Positions 11,212-19,771 of a stretch of 64,000 nucleotides of DNA are shown here, piece after piece. This stretch comes from Candidatus Poriferihabitaceae bacterium (GTDB taxonomy: Bacteria > Pseudomonadota > Gammaproteobacteria > Arenicellales > Poriferihabitantaceae). A model generated the notes under the pieces. That model did no database searches. It was not told where the DNA came from and saw only the letters and a list, made by a program, of their open reading frames with translations. Every line of letters begins with the position of its first letter. Positions within the stretch are counted from its first letter, which is position 1. Where the stretch lies: assembly GCA_965214625.1 (NCBI GenBank), contig OZ243962.1:491324-555323 (forward strand), written 5' to 3'. The translations under genes and the position numbers were made by a program.

Positions 11212-11407
11212 ATTGTCTCCAGTATTCAAGATGACATCGACGCTTTCGCTCATGCAACGTCATCATTTCTAAATTGATTTGCAATGGTAGTTCTGGACTG
11301 GACTACTTCTTGGCAAATAGTTATGTGGAACGATTTCCACCGTCTTTCGACACGAACATCAGACCAGCATTCATCATCAGCCCGCTGATCCGGGTGTGTC
11401 GCGTCGA

Positions 11408-11929
11408 TTAACCGCGACGAGGGGCAAGTACCATGACCATCTGACGGCCCTCCATGGTGGCCGCCTGCTCAATTTCTCCGACCGCTTCAAGGTCTTTAGC
11501 TACTTTTTCCAGCATCTCCAGACCCAATTCCCGGTGAGCCATTTCCCGCCCCCGGAATCGCATGGTAATTTTCGTTTTATTTCCGACCGTCAAAAACTCT
11601 GTTAATTTCCGCAACTTGACATCATAGTCCCCCACATCGGTGCCCGGTCGGAACTTGATTTCCTTTACCGTAATCTGCTTCTGTTTCTTTTTCGACTCCT
11701 GCCTTTTTTTACTCTCGTTATAGAGATATTTCCCATAGTCCATGATACGACAGACCGGCGGGTCAGCATTGGGCGATATTTCGACCAGATCAAATCCGGC
11801 CTCCTCGGCTACCTGCAACGCCTGTTCAATCGACAGTATCCCTAATTGGCCCCCTTCGCTTTTAATCACTCGAACCGGATCACTGGTAATTTGTTCATTA
11901 ACATGCAGTGCTTTTTGTTTGGCTATAAT
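11408..11929 (-). CDS. infC: translation initiation factor IF-3, ATT start codon
   Basis: The track ORF (153 aa from 11869) lacks the IF-3 N-terminal region. The same frame stays open for 20 more codons ([20 protein letters not shown]) up to an ATT at 11929. That ATT is preceded by an in-frame TAG and by GAGGA 5 nt upstream. An AUU start is the classical infC autoregulatory feature. Confidence 0.85.
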   Translation of the reverse strand: MIAKQKALHVNEQITSDPVRVIKSEGGQLGILSIEQALQVAEEAGFDLVEISPNADPPVCRIMDYGKYLYNESKKRQESKKKQKQITVKEIKFRPGTDVGDYDVKLRKLTEFLTVGNKTKITMRFRGREMAHRELGLEMLEKVAKDLEAVGEIEQAATMEGRQMVMVLAPRRG

Positions 11930-11983
11930 CTAAATCCTCTAAAAATTAAAATTTGGACAACCCGGCTCTGTCAACGCATGCCT

Positions 11984-13876
11984 TTATTGATGCAGAAGAT
12001 TGGCAACCGCCTCAACAGACATCGTTCCCAACGTTCTTCCGTCAGTTGTCCGGACAGAGAGTGTGTTCATTTCTACTTCGCGGTCACCCACAATCAACAG
12101 ATAGGGAACCCGCTGTAACGTATGTTCGCGGATTTTAAATCCGATTTTCTCGTTTCTCAAGTCGGATTCGACCCTGAATCCCTGTTTTTTAAAAGTTTCC
12201 TCGGTCTCCAGCAGGTATTTTTCCTGTTTCTCGGAAATATTTAGCAAAACCGCTTGAACAGGTGCGAGCCAAACGGGAAAGTGTCCTTCATAATGTTCAA
12301 TCAGTATCCCGACAAATCGCTCAAATGAACCGAGTATGGCACGATGCAGCATCACCGGTGTCTGTCTGGAGCCATCCTCCGCAATATAGTGTGCAGACAA
12401 CCGTCCGGGCATGGCAAAATCAACCTGCACCGTGCCACACTGCCAGACCCGGCCGATGCTGTCCCTGAGGGAAAACTCGACCTTCGGGCCATAGAAAGCC
12501 CCCTCTCCCGGCAACTCTTCCCAGGGTAACTGCTTATGGTCCAGCGCACTGGCCAATGCCGATTCCGCCTTATCCCAACTCTCATCGCTGCCAACCCGGT
12601 CATCGGGTCGTGTAGAGAGTCGATAAATGATATCGGTAAATCCGAGATGTGCATAGACATCATGTAAAAAATCGATAAATTCCGAGACTTCTGACTGGAT
12701 TTGCTGTTCACTGCAAAAAATATGGCCGTCATCCTGTACAAACCCGCGTACCCGCATCAATCCATGCAACGCCCCCGATAATTCATTGCGGTGGCAAGAA
12801 CCGAATTCACAATAGCGAAGGGGTAAATCGCGATAACTTTTCAATCCCTGGTTGAAAACCTGTACATGACAGGGACAATTCATCGGTTTAAGCGCAAATT
12901 CCCTGCCTTCCGATTCAACCGAAAACATGTCACTGCCAAATTTATCGGCATGACCCGACTTCTCCCAAAGCGAATAATCCACCACCTGTGGAGTTTTGAT
13001 TTCCCGATAGCCGCGACGATGCTGCTCCTGCCTCATGTACTGTTCCAATTGCTGATAGACCAGCCAGCCCTTGTGATGCCAAAACACCATGCCGGGAGCC
13101 TCTTCTTGCATATGAAACAGATGCAAACGCCTCCCCAGTTTACGATGATCCCGTCTGTCAGCCTCCTCAATCTGTTTCAAGTAGCGCTTTAACTGTTTTT
13201 TATCTGGCCATGCGGTCCCATAAATTCGCTGCAACATCTTGTTGCTGGCCTTTCCTCTCCAATAAGCACCCGCTATCTTTGTCAGTTTAAAGTGATGACA
13301 AAATGACATGTCCGGCACATGCGGGCCACGACACATATCAACATATTCCATATGATGATACAGTCCCGGTGTTTCCCTGCGATCAATATCCCGCTTCAAA
13401 ATGGCGAGTTTGTAGGGTTCGTTTCTCTCTTCGAAAGTATGAAAGGCCTTGTCCCAGGATACAACCTCTTTGATCACCGGATAGTTGGTTTTTGCCAGTC
13501 CCCTCATCTGTTGTTCAATCTCATCGAGATCCCCCTCAGTGATTCGATGCGCTAAATCAACATCATAGTAAAATCCGTTTTCTATCACGGGACCGATCGC
13601 CATTTTGATATCAGGCCAGCGTTGCTTCAGTGCGTGTCCGAGCAAATGTGCGCAAGAATGGCGGACAACATCCAGTCCCTCATCATCTTTGGAGGTCAGT
13701 AAAATGATCTCGCTGTCATCCGCCACGATCTCTGACACATCAACCAAGCGTCCGTTTATCTTGCCAGCGACAGTGGCTCTGGAAAGACCGGGGCCGATAT
13801 CGGCCGCAATATCGGCAATCGAAACTGGTTTGGGGAAGATTCTTGTCGAACCGTCGGGCAGTAAAATCTCAGGCAT
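11984..13876 (-). CDS. thrS: threonyl-tRNA synthetase
   Basis: 630 aa with a TGS domain N-terminus ([14 protein letters not shown]), class II core motifs ([11 protein letters not shown]) and an anticodon-binding C-terminus. It heads the conserved thrS-infC-rpmI-rplT order. Confidence 0.95.
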   Translation of the reverse strand: MPEILLPDGSTRIFPKPVSIADIAADIGPGLSRATVAGKINGRLVDVSEIVADDSEIILLTSKDDEGLDVVRHSCAHLLGHALKQRWPDIKMAIGPVIENGFYYDVDLAHRITEGDLDEIEQQMRGLAKTNYPVIKEVVSWDKAFHTFEERNEPYKLAILKRDIDRRETPGLYHHMEYVDMCRGPHVPDMSFCHHFKLTKIAGAYWRGKASNKMLQRIYGTAWPDKKQLKRYLKQIEEADRRDHRKLGRRLHLFHMQEEAPGMVFWHHKGWLVYQQLEQYMRQEQHRRGYREIKTPQVVDYSLWEKSGHADKFGSDMFSVESEGREFALKPMNCPCHVQVFNQGLKSYRDLPLRYCEFGSCHRNELSGALHGLMRVRGFVQDDGHIFCSEQQIQSEVSEFIDFLHDVYAHLGFTDIIYRLSTRPDDRVGSDESWDKAESALASALDHKQLPWEELPGEGAFYGPKVEFSLRDSIGRVWQCGTVQVDFAMPGRLSAHYIAEDGSRQTPVMLHRAILGSFERFVGILIEHYEGHFPVWLAPVQAVLLNISEKQEKYLLETEETFKKQGFRVESDLRNEKIGFKIREHTLQRVPYLLIVGDREVEMNTLSVRTTDGRTLGTMSVEAVANLLHQ

Positions 13877-13893
13877 AATCTAATTTTCCAGTG

Positions 13894-13914
13894 GCACCCG
13901 CTACCGAAGGGCGC
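13894..13914 (-). promoter_or_regulatory. hairpin in the thrS leader with a GGU-centred loop (candidate ThrRS operator)
   Basis: The mRNA sense reads GCGCCC-UUCGGUAGC-GGGUGC. That is a 6-bp stem including one G.U pair, and a 9-nt loop whose central triplet is GGU, a Thr anticodon. It ends 17 nt before the thrS AUG. Confidence 0.3.
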
Positions 13915-13942
13915 ATGTTGCTTGAGGAATCATCAATCAATC

Positions 13943-14019
13943 TGGTAGGCGCGATTGGATTCGAACCAACGACCCCCACCATGTCAAGGTGGTGCTCTAA
14001 CCAACTGAGCTACGCGCCT
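13943..14019 (-). tRNA. tRNA-Val (anticodon GAC)
   Basis: Reverse complement is AGGCGCGTAGCTCAGTTGGTTAGAGCACCACCTTGACATGGTGGGGGTCGTTGGTTCGAATCCAATCGCGCCTACCA, with anticodon loop TTGACAT and an encoded CCA. It lies 66 nt upstream of the thrS start on the same strand. Confidence 0.95.
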
Positions 14020-14065
14020 GCCGAAAGCGCAGGAGTTTACACATTGTGTTTCATGAATTCAATTA

Positions 14066-14091
14066 CTTTGCGTTGACATGTCAACGCAAAG
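14066..14091. repeat. 26-bp perfect palindrome CTTTGCGTTGACA|TGTCAACGCAAAG
   Basis: I checked it base by base: 13 + 13 nt with no spacer. It contains TTGACA on both strands, back to back (14073-14078 on plus, 14084-14079 on minus). It lies 47 bp upstream of the tRNA-Val 5' end. Confidence 0.9.
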
Positions 14092-14922
14092 CATTGTATT
14101 AACCGGCACAACTTGATAGACTCAAATTCTGTCAGGCTGGGATGAAAGGAAATCAGGTTTGCATGGGCTAAGCGACAGGGCAGTCGACACATGTGGCCAC
14201 TGAGGGAAATGCAGTCTGTTTTCTTCTGACTTGGCTGAAGTTAAGAAAAGTTTTCTGGGGCACCTCAAACAGAGTCACCCCAAAATAAAGAATTGGGCGG
14301 GAATGTCCAAAGCTTAGATGAAGAGTGGCCGATACGTTGTGTAATCGGTCGGTTTGTATAATATTGTTTCGAAGAACCATAGAGAGCACAAGATTGACAA
14401 TCAACCCAGGGAAGCGGATAGGGCTGTCGACGATTCGTAGCGATGATAACATCCGGTATTCATTAACAACGGTGTATTGTGCGGGTACGCAATCACACGG
14501 GATGGAAAGAAAAGAGATTCGGCATCTCACTGGTTTTGAAATCTACCAGTCCAACAGATCATCATATTTTAATGACGTAATATATCAGTCAACCTGTCAT
14601 TGAATCTGACTGATGGGTCAAGACTGTTGCCGCCTGCAGTCATTGCTGCGACTTGATCCCGGGAGCTTCTCTCTTGGTTCCGGATTGCAATTGAATGAAA
14701 TTGGATTTGTTATACAGCGTCATACCGGATATCCGTCTTCGGATTGATGCAATCGGCATACGGTCCGGTTAACACCGAACCCGCCATCATCTCTTCATTA
14801 GCTTAAACGCATTCCCAAAGTGAATTGAAATTATTTTGCCCTTGACAGGGCGAAATTAAGAGAGTGTGGTCATGCAATCGTGTTTTGTTTTTGTCCACAC
14901 TCGCACGAATTAGGAAATAATA
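14092..14922 (+). promoter_or_regulatory. long non-coding region upstream of rne (probable promoter plus structured 5' UTR)
   Basis: About 830 bp with no convincing ORF. The two track ORFs here have junk-like composition. Several local hairpins are visible, for example TCAGTC...GACTGA near 14596-14623. Promoter-like elements include TTGACA at 14842-14847 and TATAAT at 14356-14361. Confidence 0.35.
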
Positions 14923-17109
14923 ATGAAAAGAATGTTATTTAATGCAACTCATCCCGAAGAGTTGCGGGTAGCTATTGCGGATGGTCAAAAACTCATTGAC
15001 CTTGATATTGAATCAGCGATTCGAAAAGAAAAGAAAGGAAACATATACAAAGCAACCATCACCAAGGTTGAACCCAGTCTTGAAGCATGCTTTGTTGATT
15101 ATGGGGCCGAAAGACACGGTTTCCTGCCACTGAAGGAAATCTATCGGAACTATTTCAACTCCTTTGACCCTGGGACCCAGATGTCCGATATTAAAATCGA
15201 ATCGGTCATCAAAGCAGGACAGGAAGTCGTTGTGCAGGTAGACAAAGACGAAAGGGGAACCAAAGGAGCGGCACTGACCACTTTTATCAGTCTTGCTGGA
15301 CGATTCCTCGTCTTGATGCCGAATAATCCGAAAGGAGGAGGCATCTCACGACGTATCGTCAAAGAGGCAAGGACCGAACTCAAACAAGCATTGAAAACAC
15401 TTGAAGTCAACACCGACCACGCACTCATTGCGCGAACGGCAGGTATCGGACGCACCACAGAGGAACTGCAATGGGACCTCGACTTTTTGCTGAAGCTGTG
15501 GGATACCATCAACACCGCCTCCCAGGAAATCAAGGCTCCATACCTGATCTATCAGGAAAGCAACCTGATTGTCCGTGCCATTCGTGATCACCTAGCAGCC
15601 GACATTTCGGAAGTGGTTGTCGATGACTCGGAGATTTACGACAGGGTGGACCGATTCATGAACCAGGTGATGCCCCACTCTTCGACACGACTCAAGAAAC
15701 ATCGCGGAAGCATTCCCCTGTTCTCGAAATTCCATATCGAAAACCAGATCGAATCCGCTTTTGATCGAGAAGTGAATCTGCCTTCTGGCGGCTCATTGGT
15801 CATTGACCATACTGAAGCATTGATTTCGATTGACGTAAATTCGGCCCGCGCAACCAAAGGCGGTGACATTGAAGAAACCGCCTTGCAAACCAATCTTGAA
15901 GCCGTTGAAGAAATTGCACGTCAACTGCGGATTAGGGACTTGGGAGGATTGATAGTGATTGATCTCATTGATATGAGTAGTCAACGCCATCAGCAAACAG
16001 TGGTCTCCCGCCTCAAAGCCGGTGTACAGCCCGACAGGGCCCGTGTTCAGATCGGTCAAATTTCCCGGTTTGGGCTGTTGGAGATGTCCCGACAGCGATT
16101 ACGCTCTTCGATCAGTGATGCCAACTACGGCAATTGCCCTCGCTGTCATGGTATCGGCACCATCCGAAATGTGGTGTCGACCTCCTTGAGTGTTTTGAGA
16201 ATGATCGAGGAAGATGCGCTAAAAGAGAACACCGAGGCGATTCAGGCCATCCTTCCGCTGGATATCGCAACCTATTTGATCAATGAAAAAAGGTATGAAC
16301 TCAATCAGCTTGAAACAAAACTGGCAACCCGAATTATTATCCTTCCTTCTGAAGCAATGTTGACCCCGGATTTCGAAATACGACGTCTGAAAAGCGAGGA
16401 GATGGATCAACTGTCACAATTTGCAAGCTACAAACAAAAACCGGAACTGGAAAAACACCAGGATGACTTGACCGTCGGTCTCAAGCGTTCTCCCGGACAG
16501 AAAGCAAAAATTCAACTTGATCATATCAGTCATCGTGCGCCCCCTCTTCCCCAGAAACAGTCTGTCGAGGAAGCCAATTCAAAAAAAGGGGTGATCAAAC
16601 GGATAACCGAGGTTTTATTTGGACGGAATGACGAAACCGAGCACGAAAAGACACCCAAGGAGAAGAAACCGTCGGACAAACCGTCTCATAAGGAAACATC
16701 CGGGAACCGGACAAAAGAAACCAAGGGTCGCAGGCGGACACGAACCCCGCAAACGGCCAGACACGCCAATCAAGGAAACAAACCCGCGCAAGCAGGGGGC
16801 AGGGGGCGGAAACAGCCAGCCAAATCCACGGCGAACAAAAAACCAAGTCCACCCAAGCGAACGCGACTCACGAGCGACAAAAGCACAGGCCAAGCGGACA
16901 ACCCACAAACAGCCAAACCAACCCGGGATCGTGGCAAAGCGGACAAAAAGAACGTGCCGAAAAAAGAAAATCCCGGGGTCAGTCATGCTCCGGCCAATCC
17001 CGATGGTAAACCTTCGAAACGCCGCCATCCTCAAGCCAAAAACCCTGCTTCATCGCTGACTGCGGCAGAAACAGCAATTCCGGATGATATCGGCAATCGG
17101 AAAGAGTAA
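14923..17109 (+). CDS. rne: ribonuclease E
   Basis: 728 aa. N-terminus MKRMLFNATHPEELRVAIADGQKLIDLDIES, an S1 domain, the catalytic core and the Zn-link motif CPRCHGIGTIR. The C-terminal ~200 aa are Lys/Arg/Pro-rich and low in complexity. Confidence 0.93.
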   Translation: MKRMLFNATHPEELRVAIADGQKLIDLDIESAIRKEKKGNIYKATITKVEPSLEACFVDYGAERHGFLPLKEIYRNYFNSFDPGTQMSDIKIESVIKAGQEVVVQVDKDERGTKGAALTTFISLAGRFLVLMPNNPKGGGISRRIVKEARTELKQALKTLEVNTDHALIARTAGIGRTTEELQWDLDFLLKLWDTINTASQEIKAPYLIYQESNLIVRAIRDHLAADISEVVVDDSEIYDRVDRFMNQVMPHSSTRLKKHRGSIPLFSKFHIENQIESAFDREVNLPSGGSLVIDHTEALISIDVNSARATKGGDIEETALQTNLEAVEEIARQLRIRDLGGLIVIDLIDMSSQRHQQTVVSRLKAGVQPDRARVQIGQISRFGLLEMSRQRLRSSISDANYGNCPRCHGIGTIRNVVSTSLSVLRMIEEDALKENTEAIQAILPLDIATYLINEKRYELNQLETKLATRIIILPSEAMLTPDFEIRRLKSEEMDQLSQFASYKQKPELEKHQDDLTVGLKRSPGQKAKIQLDHISHRAPPLPQKQSVEEANSKKGVIKRITEVLFGRNDETEHEKTPKEKKPSDKPSHKETSGNRTKETKGRRRTRTPQTARHANQGNKPAQAGGRGRKQPAKSTANKKPSPPKRTRLTSDKSTGQADNPQTAKPTRDRGKADKKNVPKKENPGVSHAPANPDGKPSKRRHPQAKNPASSLTAAETAIPDDIGNRKE

Positions 17110-17163
17110 AGACAAGGCAGGGGCGTTGCGACCGATCTTCCCTCGATTGCCCGCCTATCAAGA

Positions 17164-18471
17164 CTACCGTCTGGAAAAAAGTGCCAGTGATTCAACATGG
17201 GTCGTGTGGGGGAACATATCAATCACACCCACCTTGTCCAGCCTGTATCCATTTACATGCACCATAATACCGGCATCTCTTGCGAGTGTCGCCGGATTGC
17301 ATGAGACGTAAAGACATTCATTAGGTTGTACGCTCGGAACCAGCTGCTTCACTACCTGTAATGCCCCCGAACGAGGGGGGTCCAGCAGTATTTTGTTGAA
17401 GTGTCTCCCCTGAAACACATGATCAAGGTTCTCATCATTGAGATTGACTTTCTCAAAACGGGCATTCGGCAGGGCATTGAGAGCCGCATTCTCAAGACCA
17501 CGGTTTACCAATGCAGACTCCCCCTCCACCCCCGTTACAAGGGCCCCTGACGTTGCCAGGGGCAAGGTGAAATTACCGAGGCCACAAAACAGATCGAGAA
17601 TGCGATCATCGGCTTGTGGCGCAAGGTGCTGGGTCACCGCCGTGATCATCCGTTCATTGGTAATGCCATTAATCTGTATGAAATCGAGCGGATCGAACTG
17701 CATTGTCAACCCGAATTCATCCAATCGATAATGCAGGGTTTCGGGTTGCTCTGGCCAAACCGGGACCACAGAATCGACCCCCCCTGGCTGAGCAAACAGT
17801 TGCACCCGCCTTTGCTCAGCATAGTCTTTCAGGCACTTCATATCTTGGTCAGAAAAAGGTTGTAAACAACGCAAGACCAATGCCACTGCATTATCCGCTG
17901 CCGCGACCTCAATCTGGGGAAGGCGGTGATAATTGCTGAGTTGACTGCATAGCGTGTGCAGCGAAGGCAAAAGAGCCGAGAGGCGTGGTTCAAGGGTATG
18001 GCAAACCTGCAGCGAGGTGATATACGAACTTCTGCGTTCCCTGAACCCGACCAGTATGCCTCCCTTCTTGGGCACGTATCGTATCCCCAAGCGCGCTTTC
18101 CTGCGATAATGCCATGGTCCCGACTGGATCGCGGGCAACGTCTCCCGTGGCGTGACATTGCCCAATTTCTCAAGACTGTTGAACAGGGTTTTTTGTTTGG
18201 TTTGCAGTTGGGCCGCAGTACTGACGTGTTGATACGAACACCCTCCGCATACACCAAAATAACCGCACTTCGGCTCCACACGGTCTTGTGACGGGCTCAG
18301 GACATCAAGCAAATAACCTTGAAATTTCCCTCGTCTCCTTTTTTTGGCCATGAAACGGATGCTTTCACCGGGCAATGCACCATCTACAAAATAAACCTTA
18401 CCCTCGATTTTGACCACCCCACTCCCGTCATGAGATACATCTTCGACCCATCCTTCAAGCCTGTCTGACAA
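17164..18471 (-). CDS. rlmD: 23S rRNA (uracil1939-C5)-methyltransferase
   Basis: 435 aa with an N-terminal TRAM-like domain, the Fe-S cysteine cluster CGYFGVCGGCSYQH, SAM-MTase motifs (DLFCGLGNFTLPLA, DPPRSG) and a catalytic Cys region (YVSCNPATLARD). Confidence 0.88.
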   Translation of the reverse strand: MSDRLEGWVEDVSHDGSGVVKIEGKVYFVDGALPGESIRFMAKKRRRGKFQGYLLDVLSPSQDRVEPKCGYFGVCGGCSYQHVSTAAQLQTKQKTLFNSLEKLGNVTPRETLPAIQSGPWHYRRKARLGIRYVPKKGGILVGFRERRSSYITSLQVCHTLEPRLSALLPSLHTLCSQLSNYHRLPQIEVAAADNAVALVLRCLQPFSDQDMKCLKDYAEQRRVQLFAQPGGVDSVVPVWPEQPETLHYRLDEFGLTMQFDPLDFIQINGITNERMITAVTQHLAPQADDRILDLFCGLGNFTLPLATSGALVTGVEGESALVNRGLENAALNALPNARFEKVNLNDENLDHVFQGRHFNKILLDPPRSGALQVVKQLVPSVQPNECLYVSCNPATLARDAGIMVHVNGYRLDKVGVIDMFPHTTHVESLALFSRR

Positions 18472-18474
18472 TGG

Positions 18475-19266
18475 CTAGTCCCCGGAATGCTGCTCTTCCC
18501 AAGCCGACAGAAACTCGGCAAAGTGGGACTCGGTTGACTCTCCCAGCCATTTCTTAACCCTGCCGCATTCCTCTTGATACGCAGCTTCTGTCAACTTCCC
18601 TCTGACCTGTTCCCACCTGAGATAGACCAAGTAGGTATTGAGCACATCGGTCTCACAATAATCCCGAATGGCCTTGATATTCCCCTCAAGATACGTATCC
18701 CACACTGCATTGCCCCTCATTCCCAACTTACCCGGGAATCCGAGCATGAGCGCGATTTCATCCAGTGGCGCTGCGGCGCGCAAATTAAAATTCGCCAGCG
18801 TATCCATCAGGTCAATGTGACGCCAGTGGAACCGGCTGAGATAGTTATTAAATCTGAATTCCCGGTCATCGTCTCCGTTATCCCAATAACGTTTGGCACC
18901 CGTGGCATAGATCAGGGATCGATAATGCAAGACGGGCAAATCAAATCCGCTCCCATTCCAGCTGACCAGCGTGGGTGAAAATCGCTCAACCCCGTCATAA
19001 AAACGGGCAATCAACTCCTCCTCGGTAGAGGATTCGGCCCCTAATGACCAGACATCAAATCGATTACCGGACCGAAGTATCACCGAAATGGCAACCACAT
19101 GATGCAGATGCAAAGGCAAAAAAGAGGAACGCCCAGTCTTTTGGCATTGCTTGGCAAACATTGCCTTTGCAATATCCGCCTCAGCCAGTCCATTTAAGTT
19201 ATAAAGACGAGCCCCCGTCTTTGTATCCGGCACCGTCTCAATATCAAAAACCAGTACATTCACCAT
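18475..19266 (-). CDS. DEDDy 3'-5' exonuclease related to the PolB exonuclease domain (function uncharacterised)
   Basis: 263 aa with Exo I VFDIETVPD, Exo II WNGSGFDLPVL and Exo III DYCETDVLNTY. It starts 3 nt upstream of rlmD on the same strand. Confidence 0.75.
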   Translation of the reverse strand: MVNVLVFDIETVPDTKTGARLYNLNGLAEADIAKAMFAKQCQKTGRSSFLPLHLHHVVAISVILRSGNRFDVWSLGAESSTEEELIARFYDGVERFSPTLVSWNGSGFDLPVLHYRSLIYATGAKRYWDNGDDDREFRFNNYLSRFHWRHIDLMDTLANFNLRAAAPLDEIALMLGFPGKLGMRGNAVWDTYLEGNIKAIRDYCETDVLNTYLVYLRWEQVRGKLTEAAYQEECGRVKKWLGESTESHFAEFLSAWEEQHSGD

Positions 19267-19771
19267 GCAAACCTGTTTTTCTTTGTTTCAAGGGAAAATA
19301 GAATAGAAATAAAATTATTATTATAATTCAATGGCATATTAAATATTTAGCCGTCATTCTATAACATAATCAAAGTATAACCCGGTTGCTTTGACATCGC
19401 CAAGCGGCAAGACAATTCCGATAGGGGCTGAGCCGGTCTGACTCATAGCCTTGCATGAAGCGGTAGTATGGCACGACAGGACAGGTTCACTGAGATTCGC
19501 AATTCGGCAACCGGGGATTCCAGTGATTCAAACAGCGGTCATTGAACAACCGATCCTTCGTCGTGACAGAGCTGGCCTGGACGCCCAGGGAAACAAGGCG
19601 GTGATGGAGCACGACCCTCAACGACATAACAGATTTTATCAATCAGTCAATAGATAGCCTGACCAGTGGATTGGTCTGATTGATTAATGAACGGCAACAC
19701 AACTATCTTCTTACTGTTGATGAATCTATAATGTTCCGGAATTCAGACTTGTCATTTACGGTTCACATGCC

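Noticed and set aside
14168-14603. Track ORFs of 120 aa (minus strand) and 92 aa (plus strand) in the rne upstream region.
   Set aside because: They overlap each other on opposite strands. Their composition is odd (Cys/Ser/Ile/Arg-rich with no hydrophobic periodicity). Neither has an RBS or a recognisable motif. I treat the region as non-coding leader sequence.
16595-17222. Several 60-146-aa ORFs in alternative frames and on the opposite strand over the 3' end of rne.
   Set aside because: They arise from the repetitive AAR/CCN/CGN-rich low-complexity sequence encoding the basic RNase E tail. All are Arg/Pro/Lys junk.
19380-19657. Three things in the gdhB upstream region: a 68-aa ORF (19451-19657), a TGGCAC motif near 19478 that looked like a sigma-54 -24 element, and a 9-bp long-range complement (CCCGGTTGC ... 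GCAACCGGG) about 120 nt apart.
   Set aside because: The ORF is Arg/Gln-rich with no RBS. TGGCAC is not followed by TTGC at the -12 spacing. A single 9-mer complement within 500 bp is expected by chance at roughly even odds.
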